The position numbers were made by a program, and so were the translations under genes. A DNA stretch of 64,000 nt from an uncultured Actinomycetes bacterium (GTDB lineage Bacteria; Actinomycetota; Thermoleophilia; RBG-16-64-13), in NCBI GenBank assembly GCA_963706025.1, contig CAVPLM010000005.1:480001-544000 (forward strand), written 5' to 3'. This document shows, piece by piece, positions 44,407-52,634 of the stretch. Each line of letters begins with the position of its first letter. Within the stretch, counting starts at the first letter, position 1. A model generated the notes under the pieces. It was given only the letters and a program-made list of their open reading frames with translations, did no database searches and was not told the origin of the DNA.

Positions 44407-45203
44407 GGCCCAGGCTCTGCCTCAATGGGGAGACCATTGCGCAGATAGGCCTTCGAGGCTGCGTCGAACTCGACGATCACCTCCGCCCCATGGAAGGGAT
44501 ACCGGCGCGATATCGTCACGTGATCGCCTAGGATCTCGATGACGTTGTAGCAGGGTTTCGTGTCGCCCCTGAGCCGCAGAGTAGCGACGGTCCCAGTGTT
44601 CACGACGAACATGTTCTCGAGACGCCACGCGTAGGGCACGTGCTTGTGGCCGGAGAGTACGAGTTCCACACCGCACTCCACCAGCACCTCCAGCACGTCA
44701 CCTGCATCGTTGACGATGTTACGCTCCCGCCCGGTGCCCGGGATGGGAAGCAGATGGTGATGCAGGACAAAGATCTGGAAGTCTCCGGGGCACTTTGTGA
44801 ACGCTTCCCTCATCCAGGGATAGCGGTGCCGGCCGATGCGCCCGTAGTCGAGGTCGGGCTCGGTAGAGTCGACGCCCACCAACGTGACGCCTTTCTTGCG
44901 GATCACGTTCTCCCGGGATGCGAACAACCGCTCAAAATGTGCGTAGCCGACGTTTCGGCTGTCGTGGTTGCCGGGCACCACCAGGACGTCAGGGCAGTCG
45001 AGCCGGTCGAGATACTCGCGCGCCTCTCGGAATTCCTGGCGATACCCCATGTTGGTCAGGTCTCCGGTGACAACCACGACGTCGGGGGCCAGGTCGTTCA
45101 CCTCCACCAGGGCCCGGTCCAGCAGATTGGGCACGAAGTACTGGGAGCCCGTGTGCAGGTCGGACAGGTGGGCGATGACACAGGAGCGAGTCTTGTTGTC
45201 CAT
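44403..45203 (-). CDS. calcineurin-like metallophosphoesterase (CpdA-like)
   Basis: SDLH, GDLT, GNHD, HHH, GHKH motifs; stop overlaps the cpgS start (ATGA). Confidence 0.9.
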   Translation of the reverse strand: MDNKTRSCVIAHLSDLHTGSQYFVPNLLDRALVEVNDLAPDVVVVTGDLTNMGYRQEFREAREYLDRLDCPDVLVVPGNHDSRNVGYAHFERLFASRENVIRKKGVTLVGVDSTEPDLDYGRIGRHRYPWMREAFTKCPGDFQIFVLHHHLLPIPGTGRERNIVNDAGDVLEVLVECGVELVLSGHKHVPYAWRLENMFVVNTGTVATLRLRGDTKPCYNVIEILGDHVTISRRYPFHGAEVIVEFDAASKAYLRNGLPIEAEPGP

Positions 45204-45272
45204 GTCGACTTCCTCCGCCTGGAATGCCCAGTTCAGCCCGCATTCCGGACCGGGACGGGCTGAAAGCGCCGC

Positions 45273-46340
45273 CTACTCAGCGCTCGCTATGATCTCCTCC
45301 ACCGCCGCCAGATCAGCCGGACAATGGATGATCGGCCGTGACTGGTCGATGGCGGTCTGTGGATCCTTCAAACCATGGCCGGTAAGAACCGCTACCAACG
45401 TATCACCGAAGGGCAATCCGGTGCTGCGGTACTTGAGCAGCCCGGCCACGCTGGCCGCCGAAGCGGGCTCGCAGAACACGCCCTCCTTCTGGGCCAGGAG
45501 TCGTTGTGCGGCCAGTATCTCCTCGTCGGTCACATCGCGTATCGCGCCGTGCGACTCGCACGCGGCCGCCAGGGCTTCTTCCGCTCGGGCCGGATTGCCG
45601 ATGCGGATGGCCGTCGCGACCGTCTCCGGCTTCTCCACCACATGTCCGCACACCAAGGGGTTGGCCCCCTCGGCCTGGAAACCCCACACCACCGGCAGCC
45701 GTCCGGCCAGCCCATTCTGGTGGTACTCGCGGAAACCCTTCCAGTACGACGTGATGTTGCCCGCGTTGCCCACAGGGATGGAGAGCATAGCGGGGGCCTC
45801 CCCCAGACGGTCGACGATCTCAAAGGCCGCCGTCTTCTGTCCCTCGATCCGGTAGGGGTTGAGAGAGTTCACCAGGGTTATGGGCTGCCGCTCCGAGATC
45901 TCCTTGACGTATTCCAGCGCGAGATCGAAATTGCCCTCGATCGCGATCGCCACGGCCCCGTGCATGAGCGCCTGCGACAACTTGCCCATGGCTATCTTGC
46001 CTTCAGGTATCAGTACGACACAGCGCATTCCGGCCCGGGCCGCGTACGCGGCCGCGGAGGCCGAAGTGTTGCCCGTCGAAGCGCAGATGACCGCCGTCGC
46101 GCCTTCTTCCAAGGCCTTGGTGATGGCCACGGTCATACCCCGGTCTTTGAACGATCCCGTAGGATTGGTCGCCTCGTACTTGAGGTACACGCGGCAACCC
46201 AGCTCCTTGCTCAACCACTCGGCCGGGATCAGCGGAGTGCTGCCCTCACCCAGGCTGGCCGGAACGGTGTCGGGCTTCAAGGGCAGGTAACGGCGATACC
46301 GCTCGACCACCCCAAAGGGACGCTCGTCCCCCGCGCCCAT
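45273..46340 (-). CDS. thrC: threonine synthase
   Basis: [39 protein letters not shown]. Confidence 0.96.
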   Translation of the reverse strand: MGAGDERPFGVVERYRRYLPLKPDTVPASLGEGSTPLIPAEWLSKELGCRVYLKYEATNPTGSFKDRGMTVAITKALEEGATAVICASTGNTSASAAAYAARAGMRCVVLIPEGKIAMGKLSQALMHGAVAIAIEGNFDLALEYVKEISERQPITLVNSLNPYRIEGQKTAAFEIVDRLGEAPAMLSIPVGNAGNITSYWKGFREYHQNGLAGRLPVVWGFQAEGANPLVCGHVVEKPETVATAIRIGNPARAEEALAAACESHGAIRDVTDEEILAAQRLLAQKEGVFCEPASAASVAGLLKYRSTGLPFGDTLVAVLTGHGLKDPQTAIDQSRPIIHCPADLAAVEEIIASAE

Positions 46341-47621
46341 CTAAAGCACCCTCAGGGTCATGGGCCTGCTCTTGCAGCACTTCAAGCCCTTGGCCTGCTC
46401 GATCGCGGCGAAGAAATCCTTTTCGCGCGTGGGGTGCGTGATGAGCACCAACTCCGCCTCCGCCCCCCTGCCCTTCTGGATCATGCTTGCGATCGAGACC
46501 CCGTGCTCGCCGAACACGGACGCGATCTGGGCCAGCACGCCGGAAACGTCTTCCACGTTCATCTTGATGAAGAAGGCCGATTCCACCTCATCCGCCGGGT
46601 AGAAGCCCAGATGGCGGTAGCAGGAGCAGCTCTGCAGGAAGCCGACGTCCTTGGTGTTGGCGATGGAGATGATATCGCTCACCACTGCGGTAGCCGTAGG
46701 TGCGCCGCCGGCACCGGGCCCCATCAACATGATCTCCCCGATGGCGCTGCCACGTAGGAACACCGCGTTGTGAGAGCCGCTGATGGACGCGAGTGGATGA
46801 TCGACCGGCACCAGAGCGGGAAACACCCGCACGCTCACCCGCTCGTCCATCAGACGAGCCGCGCCGATCAGCTTGACCACAAAGCCCAGGTCCTTGGCAT
46901 AGCGTACGTCCTCCAGGCCTATTTCCTGGATGCCCTCGAACGATACATCGGCCAACGTGACGCGCGAATGGAAAGCGATCGACCCCAGAATGGCCATCTT
47001 CGCAGCCGCGTCGGCTCCACCCACATCGGCGGTGGGATCGGCTTCAGCAAAACCCAGTTCCTGAGCCTTGGCCAGGATGTCGGCATAGTCGCCCTCGTCG
47101 CTATACATGCGGCTGAGGATGTAATTGGTGGTGCCGTTCACTATCCCGTACACCGTGTGGAGTCCCGCCGCGATCATGCTCTCCCGCATCACCTTGATGA
47201 TGGGGATCGCCCCAGCTACCGAAGCCTCGAAACGCAGGTGACGTTTCTCGTCTCGAGCAAGATCGAACAGGGCCTCACCTCGGGAAGCCAGAAGCTGCTT
47301 GTTGGCCGTTACCGCGTTCTTTCCCTTCCGCATCGCCGCATCGAGAAAGGTGAACGCGGCGTCGGTGCCGCCGATCAATTCCACCACGATATCTATGGAG
47401 CGATCGTCCACGATCTGAGCGAAATCGCTGGTGAACAGACCCGGGGGCGCGTCGGCGGGGATCTTCGCCTCATCGATCTCCAGCACCTTCGCGACCTGGA
47501 GGTCCACCCCGGTACCGTCCAGGATCTGGTCGTGTTCCTTCTGGATGAGCCGGTACACGCTGGATCCGATGGTACCGAAACCCAGCAGACCGAGTCGTAC
47601 GGTCCTTTGCTCCCGACTCAT
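46341..47621 (-). CDS. hom: homoserine dehydrogenase with ACT domain
   Basis: GFGTIG, VTANK, FEASVAGAIP, NGTTNYIL, GPGAG, C-terminal ACT. Confidence 0.96.
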   Translation of the reverse strand: MSREQRTVRLGLLGFGTIGSSVYRLIQKEHDQILDGTGVDLQVAKVLEIDEAKIPADAPPGLFTSDFAQIVDDRSIDIVVELIGGTDAAFTFLDAAMRKGKNAVTANKQLLASRGEALFDLARDEKRHLRFEASVAGAIPIIKVMRESMIAAGLHTVYGIVNGTTNYILSRMYSDEGDYADILAKAQELGFAEADPTADVGGADAAAKMAILGSIAFHSRVTLADVSFEGIQEIGLEDVRYAKDLGFVVKLIGAARLMDERVSVRVFPALVPVDHPLASISGSHNAVFLRGSAIGEIMLMGPGAGGAPTATAVVSDIISIANTKDVGFLQSCSCYRHLGFYPADEVESAFFIKMNVEDVSGVLAQIASVFGEHGVSIASMIQKGRGAEAELVLITHPTREKDFFAAIEQAKGLKCCKSRPMTLRVL

Positions 47622-47646
47622 ACCGCTCCCTTCTCTGTCGTCCCCA

Positions 47647-48966
47647 CTAGTCGTGCAGCGGGTGCTGCTTCGCCACCAGATCGGCGTAGCTCTCGCGCTC
47701 GATGATGACCCGCGCCCGGCCCTCGTTCACCAGGATGACGGCCGGCCGCAGGCTACCGTTGTAGTTCGAGGCCATGGCGTAACAGTACGCGCCGGTGGCC
47801 GGCATGACCAGAACGTCACCCGGCTCCGGACGGGCGATGACGGCGTCCCGGATGAGGATGTCGCCACTCTCGCAGTGCTTGCCCGCAACCGTGACGGTCG
47901 TGTCTGCGGGCGCCTCGGCCTTGTTCGCCAGCATGACCTCGTACCGGGCATCGTAGAGCATGGGACGGATGTTGTCGCTCATGCCCCCGTCGACGCTCAC
48001 ATAGGTGCGGACGCCCGGGATCTCCTTGATCGTTCCGACCCGGTAGGCGGTGATGCCCGCTTTGCCTACGATCGATCGTCCGGGCTCGATGAGAACCCTG
48101 GGCATGGGCAGGCCCATGGCCGCCATTTCTTCCCGGACCCCTTCGACCTTCACCGTTACGTAGTCGGCGATGGACGAAGGCGCGTCGGCTTCGGTGTAGC
48201 GGATGCCCAGACCGCCCCCGATGTTGAGATAGCGACAGTCGAAACCGAGGCTCGCATGCGCTTGACCTATGAGTCTCACCAGGATCTCGATCGCCTTCCT
48301 GAACGGCTCGAGAAGGAATACCTGGCTGCCTATGTGGGCGTGCACGCCCACGAGATCCAAGTGAGGCGCGGCGAGAGCCCGGCGGATGGCCTCCAGAGCC
48401 ACTCCCTCCAGAAGCCCGAAGCCGAACTTCGAATCGACCTGGCCGGTCTCGATGTATGAATGCGTGTGGGCTTCGACGCCTGGAGTGATGCGAAGAAGGA
48501 TCCGCTGCGAACCTCCCCGTGCTGCTACCAGTTCTTCCAGCAAGTCCAACTCCTGGAAGCTGTCGACCACGATGAACCCAACGCCTCGCGCAAGCGCGTA
48601 TTCCAGCTCCTCGCGGGTCTTGTTGTTTCCGTGGAAGAAAATGCGCTCGGCGGGAAAGCCGGCTACCTCGGCCACGTGGTATTCCCCTCCAGACGACACG
48701 TCGATCGAAAGCCCCTCCTCGAGCACCAACTGGTCCACCGCCACCGAGGAGAACGCCTTGCTGGCGTAGATCACCTCGAAGTCGTCGGTATGCTCGCGGA
48801 ACGCCGTTAGGTAGCGCCGACACTGGTCGCGGATGGACTCCTCCTCGTATATGACGAGGGGGCTGCCGTACCCGGCCACCAACTCGGCGACATCGCAGCC
48901 ACCGACCTGCAGGTGTCCGGCCGCGTTGTGCGAAGCAGTGATGGGATAGACGAGCGTGTGGGTCAC
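47647..48966 (-). CDS. lysA: diaminopimelate decarboxylase
   Basis: YASKAF, HGNNK, SKFG, HIGSQ, EPGRS, CESGD, GAY. Confidence 0.96.
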   Translation of the reverse strand: MTHTLVYPITASHNAAGHLQVGGCDVAELVAGYGSPLVIYEEESIRDQCRRYLTAFREHTDDFEVIYASKAFSSVAVDQLVLEEGLSIDVSSGGEYHVAEVAGFPAERIFFHGNNKTREELEYALARGVGFIVVDSFQELDLLEELVAARGGSQRILLRITPGVEAHTHSYIETGQVDSKFGFGLLEGVALEAIRRALAAPHLDLVGVHAHIGSQVFLLEPFRKAIEILVRLIGQAHASLGFDCRYLNIGGGLGIRYTEADAPSSIADYVTVKVEGVREEMAAMGLPMPRVLIEPGRSIVGKAGITAYRVGTIKEIPGVRTYVSVDGGMSDNIRPMLYDARYEVMLANKAEAPADTTVTVAGKHCESGDILIRDAVIARPEPGDVLVMPATGAYCYAMASNYNGSLRPAVILVNEGRARVIIERESYADLVAKQHPLHD

Positions 48967-49034
48967 TTCAGCCTCCAGAAGGGAAACACCGGTACGTTAC
49001 CACACAAGGCCAACTGGTAGAATGAACTTCCAGG

Positions 49035-49391
49035 ATGACCGACGAAACGTCCAGTTTTTCCTACTACCGGGGCACCAAGGAGCCCGGCTTCGCCACCCGA
49101 ACGGAGCTGGAGGCGGCCAAGCTTTTCGACTATCACCGGATCGCCTGGGAGTATGAACCGCGCACCTTCATCCTCGAGCAGGACGAGCGGGGAAACATCC
49201 TCGAAGCTTTCACGCCCGACTTCTTCTTACCTGATCTCGATCTCTTCATCGAAGTGACCGAGATGAAGCAGTCGTTGGTCACCGCCAAGAACCGCAAGGT
49301 ACGGAAGTTGCGCGAGAGGTACCCCGATATCCGCATCAAGCTCCTCTATCGCAAGGACTTCGTGCGGATGGCCCAGAAGTACGGTCTCTGA
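49035..49391 (+). CDS. small PD-(D/E)xK nuclease-fold protein
   Basis: E..WEYEP..FTPDFFLPDLDLFIEV pattern resembles T7 endonuclease I/TnsA-type nucleases. Confidence 0.75.
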   Translation: MTDETSSFSYYRGTKEPGFATRTELEAAKLFDYHRIAWEYEPRTFILEQDERGNILEAFTPDFFLPDLDLFIEVTEMKQSLVTAKNRKVRKLRERYPDIRIKLLYRKDFVRMAQKYGL

Positions 49392-49398
49392 GGTCTTG

Positions 49399-50001
49399 AT
49401 GACTGTCCTCCCGCCGCCAACCACTTCATCCTATGGCGCGCGGCGCCGCGACGACAGGATCGGCGAGACATACCTCGACTCGACCACCATCGGCGAACGC
49501 GTGCAGGAACTGGGGGCGGAGATCACTCGCGACTACCGAGGTCAAGACCTTCTCCTTATCTCGATCCTGAAGGGGGCGGTCTTCTTCATGGCCGACCTTG
49601 CCCGGGCCATCGATCTTCCGCTCGAGATCGACTTCTTGGCGATCAGCTCCTACCTGCACGAGCACGGCCAGACAGGCACGAAGGCGATCCGTTTCTTGAA
49701 GGACCTGGACAGACCGGTCAAGGACAAGAACGTCCTCGTCGTCGAGGATATGATCGACTCCGGTCTGACCCTGCACTACATCATACGATCGCTCGGCTTA
49801 AGAAGGCCCCGCTCGTTGGAAGTGTGCACGCTCTTCGACCGGCCTCATCAACGCTTGGTGGATATCGAGGTGCGCTACGTGGGCTTCCAGGTGACCGACG
49901 ACTTCTTCGTGGGATACGGTTTCGACTATCGTCAGTTGTTCCGCAATATCCCTCATGTAGCCTACCTGCGACTCGAGCCCCAGCAACCTTCGCTGTTCTA
50001 G
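49399..50001 (+). CDS. hpt: hypoxanthine phosphoribosyltransferase family protein
   Basis: LKGAVFF, SSY, VEDMIDSGLTL, VGYGFD, RNIP. Confidence 0.88.
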   Translation: MTVLPPPTTSSYGARRRDDRIGETYLDSTTIGERVQELGAEITRDYRGQDLLLISILKGAVFFMADLARAIDLPLEIDFLAISSYLHEHGQTGTKAIRFLKDLDRPVKDKNVLVVEDMIDSGLTLHYIIRSLGLRRPRSLEVCTLFDRPHQRLVDIEVRYVGFQVTDDFFVGYGFDYRQLFRNIPHVAYLRLEPQQPSLF

Positions 50002-50009
50002 GGGACCCC

Positions 50010-50819
50010 GTGGCTTGTCCGGTCTCCTTGGCCCAGGTGAGCTTGCGGTCCGCGCCCGAAGCCGGGCAGGAACGCATTCTGGAGCTGGTCGCCACTCTCT
50101 ATTCACCCGCCGCCGAACCGACGCGACCGTCACCCGGTCTCGTGGTGGGCCATGGAGCCGGCAGCAGAAGAGAGCGGCACGACGGCTTCTGCCGCGAAGC
50201 CTGCCGGCAGGGATTCGTCGTGTTGGCGCTCGATTTCCGAGGGCACGGTGACAGCAGCGGGTTGGGAGACGGCCCGCTGGAGCAGGATATCCTCGCCGCT
50301 GCGGATCTTCTCCGGGCGCATCCAGCGGTCGACGGAGAGAGGTTGTGCTACAGGGGGTCGAGCATGGGTGGGTTCTACGGTCTCAAGGCTGCGCCTGAAG
50401 CCGGCTTCGCAGCCATGGCCTTGCTCTGCCCCGCCGGCGAGGACGTCATACTAGAAGCGCTGGACGAGAACGATCGGAAGGACAGAGACGACGATACGGC
50501 GTTCTCCTCCGCAGTCGTGCCGCCCCGCTGGGACACCATCGGGCTCCGCTCGTACTTCGAACGGCAAGACAGCGGGTGGCTGGCCTCTCAGGTGGAGTGT
50601 CCCGTCCTTTTGGTGCACGCGCGGGGGGACGAGGTGGTGCCGCTGGCCCATTCGTTCTTACTCGCCGCACGCCTCCGTACCGAGACGACGCTGCTGGCGC
50701 TGGAAGGCGGCACTCACACCACGGCCCAGCATGAACCCCAGATCCACCGTTTCACAGCGGCGTGGCTACTCGACAAGGTCGGCGGGCTGCAGATCAGCGC
50801 ATGCACTGAACGTACTTGA
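50010..50819 (+). CDS. alpha/beta hydrolase (start approximate)
   Basis: HGAG, DFRGHGDS, GSSMGG nucleophile elbow, HARGDEVVP, GGTH. Confidence 0.85.
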   Translation: MACPVSLAQVSLRSAPEAGQERILELVATLYSPAAEPTRPSPGLVVGHGAGSRRERHDGFCREACRQGFVVLALDFRGHGDSSGLGDGPLEQDILAAADLLRAHPAVDGERLCYRGSSMGGFYGLKAAPEAGFAAMALLCPAGEDVILEALDENDRKDRDDDTAFSSAVVPPRWDTIGLRSYFERQDSGWLASQVECPVLLVHARGDEVVPLAHSFLLAARLRTETTLLALEGGTHTTAQHEPQIHRFTAAWLLDKVGGLQISACTERT

Positions 50820-51096
50820 AGAAGACGTCGAAGGCCTTCTCCACAGCAGCCGGGTCGAGCGTCAACCCTGTCTGATCCTCCAGGCATTCCTTCATACGAT
50901 GACTGATGAGATGGGTGCCTACACGGTCCAGGGCCGATCTCACCGCCGCCAATTGGGCGAGTATCTGCTCGCATTCTTTGCCCTCTTCGATCATGCGCTG
51001 CAGTCCGCGCACCTGGCCCTCGATGCGGGCCAGCCGGTTGAGGATGCGCTCCTCCTCCCCCACCGCCCTGCCCGCTCCTGCGTCGCTCTCTGCCAT
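50794..51096 (-). CDS. CsoR/RcnR family repressor (CstR-like)
   Basis: RLARIEGQVRGLQRMIEEGKECEQILAQLAAVRSAL; AGGAG RBS. Confidence 0.88.
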   Translation of the reverse strand: MAESDAGAGRAVGEEERILNRLARIEGQVRGLQRMIEEGKECEQILAQLAAVRSALDRVGTHLISHRMKECLEDQTGLTLDPAAVEKAFDVFFKYVQCMR

Positions 51097-51274
51097 CGCC
51101 GAACTCCTTGCTGTTCGCTGCCTAAAGGGCGGCTTCGTTGCCGGCGTCGCCCCCGCCGGCAACACGACCTTCGCACCCCGTCTTCGGTCACCGTCGTTAT
51201 TCATCGAGAAGTCAAACGCATCATACCCACGGGGGTACCAACAGCGCAACAGGCGAGTCACGGAAAGAAGAAGG

Positions 51275-51347
51275 AGCGGAGTACGGGGTTCGAACCCGCG
51301 ACATCCAGCTTGGGAAGCTGGCACTCTACCAACTGAGTTAACTCCGC
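51275..51347 (-). tRNA. tRNA-Gly (CCC)
   Basis: GCGGAGTTAACTCAGTTGGTAGAGTGCCAGCTTCCCAAGCTGGATGTCGCGGGTTCGAACCCCGTACTCCGCT folds as a cloverleaf. Confidence 0.96.
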
Positions 51348-51527
51348 TCGCAGGTCGGTCATGCCCAGTTCGCGAGGATTCTACCACACGGTTTCCGCCA
51401 TCAAGCGGGTGCGATACCCGCCGAGCTGCGCGGTGTCGCGCGTCCGTGCGCTGCAGGCGGATATGTCTTCCGCTGGCACCGCGCGCTCGCAGCGCTGTTT
51501 TCGACCTTGATCGGCCCCGCGGGAGGC

Positions 51528-51555
51528 TTGACGGCGCGGCAAAGCCGAGTACAAT
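51528..51555 (+). promoter_or_regulatory. sigmaA-type promoter of the candidate ncRNA
   Basis: TTGACG-N16-TACAAT. Confidence 0.7.
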
Positions 51556-51560
51556 ACATT

Positions 51561-51716
51561 GCAGAGTCCCGAGAGCTCAGACGCAGCATCTGAGGAGCTT
51601 ACAAAGGGGCCCGCAGAGGAAACGCGGAGGCAAATGGCCGCGGAGTACAGTGAAGCGGGAACGAAGTGAGAGCCGGTGAAAGGTGAAAAGCGAGTGCACT
51701 CGGGGCTCGCTTTTTT
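51561..51716 (+). ncRNA. candidate 6S-like structured RNA
   Basis: Lies between a promoter and a U-tract; 5' GAGTCCCGAG pairs with 3' CTCGGGGCTC; inner stems CCCGC/GCGGG and CGCGG/CCGCG flank purine-rich bubbles; no credible CDS. Confidence 0.5.
51686..51716. terminator. bidirectional intrinsic terminator
   Basis: AAAAGCGAG-loop-CTCGCTTTTTT between the ncRNA and convergent mutM. Confidence 0.7.
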
Positions 51717-51792
51717 GTTGCAGTCAAGTGCGGTCCCGATCGCATCGCCCCTCCGCCCTTTGCGCGCTGCTGGCGCGCCAGACACTCCGACG

Positions 51793-52623
51793 CTACTTCT
51801 GACAACCTGGGCAGAAGGCGGTGCCGCGCCCCGTTACCACCACCCGCGTAAGGACAGCCCCGCAGCGCGAGCAGGTCTGTCCCTGTTTTCCGTAGGCCCG
51901 TAGCCACTCCTGAAAGCTTCCGACCTTCCCCTCGGTGTCCACGAAATCGGATATCGAACAGCCCAGTAGCCGCACTCCTTCACCCAGCCGCCGGGGGATC
52001 TCCTCTCCAAGCCTGGCCACCTCCTCCGTTGACAACGAACCGGCGGGCCGGAGTGGCGACAGTCGCGTCCACCAGAGGATCTCGTCGGCGTAGATGTTCC
52101 CGATGCCGGCAAGGTGTCGCTGGTCGAGGAGGAAAGCCTTGAGCGGCGCCTTGCGCCCGCGAAGCCGCTCTCCGAGATAGGCTGTACCCCATACTCCTTG
52201 CCAAGCGTCCGGACCCAGGTTCTTCAGACGAGGCGCCGGCTCGCCGACGGTCAGGTGAAGACGGCCGAACTTGCGCATGTCGCGGAACTCGAGGCGCGCC
52301 CGACGCCCGTCGTCGTCTTTCAGGTAGAAGATGAACCGCGTATGGTCGCTCGAGTCTTCATATGGCTCGGCTTCCACAAGGAGGTTCCCGGTCATTCCCA
52401 GGTGGAGCGTCAAGAACCTGTCTTCGCTCAGGGCCAGGATCAGGAACTTCCCCAGCCGATCCACGCTGTCGACCCGGCTACCGGGCAGCAGATCCCCCAC
52501 CTGCTGCTCCGTGCAGTCCCGCAACATGGCCGGCTCCACCCTCTCCACCGCGTCGAAACGCCTGCCGACCAGAGACACAGCCAACTGGCGCCTGACCGTC
52601 TCGACTTCGGGGAGCTCAGGCAC
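51793..52623 (-). CDS. mutM: formamidopyrimidine-DNA glycosylase
   Basis: PELPEVET, HLGMTG, DMRKFG, GIGNIYADE, C-terminal zinc finger CSRC..CPGCQ. Confidence 0.96.
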   Translation of the reverse strand: MPELPEVETVRRQLAVSLVGRRFDAVERVEPAMLRDCTEQQVGDLLPGSRVDSVDRLGKFLILALSEDRFLTLHLGMTGNLLVEAEPYEDSSDHTRFIFYLKDDDGRRARLEFRDMRKFGRLHLTVGEPAPRLKNLGPDAWQGVWGTAYLGERLRGRKAPLKAFLLDQRHLAGIGNIYADEILWWTRLSPLRPAGSLSTEEVARLGEEIPRRLGEGVRLLGCSISDFVDTEGKVGSFQEWLRAYGKQGQTCSRCGAVLTRVVVTGRGTAFCPGCQK

Positions 52624-52634
52624 CTGTGGCCTTC

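Noticed and set aside
45231-45264. Hairpin TTCAGCCCG..CGGGCTGAA between thrC and the cDPG operon
   Set aside because: Lacks a convincing U-tract; at most a weak terminator or stability element
48967-49034. Lysine riboswitch or T-box upstream of lysA-hom-thrC
   Set aside because: The intergenic region is only 68 bp and is shared with a divergent promoter; no consensus motifs
51634-51669. 11-codon ORF (MAAEYSEAGTK) inside the candidate ncRNA
   Set aside because: GGAGG is only 3 nt from the ATG and there is no other coding support; cannot be fully excluded
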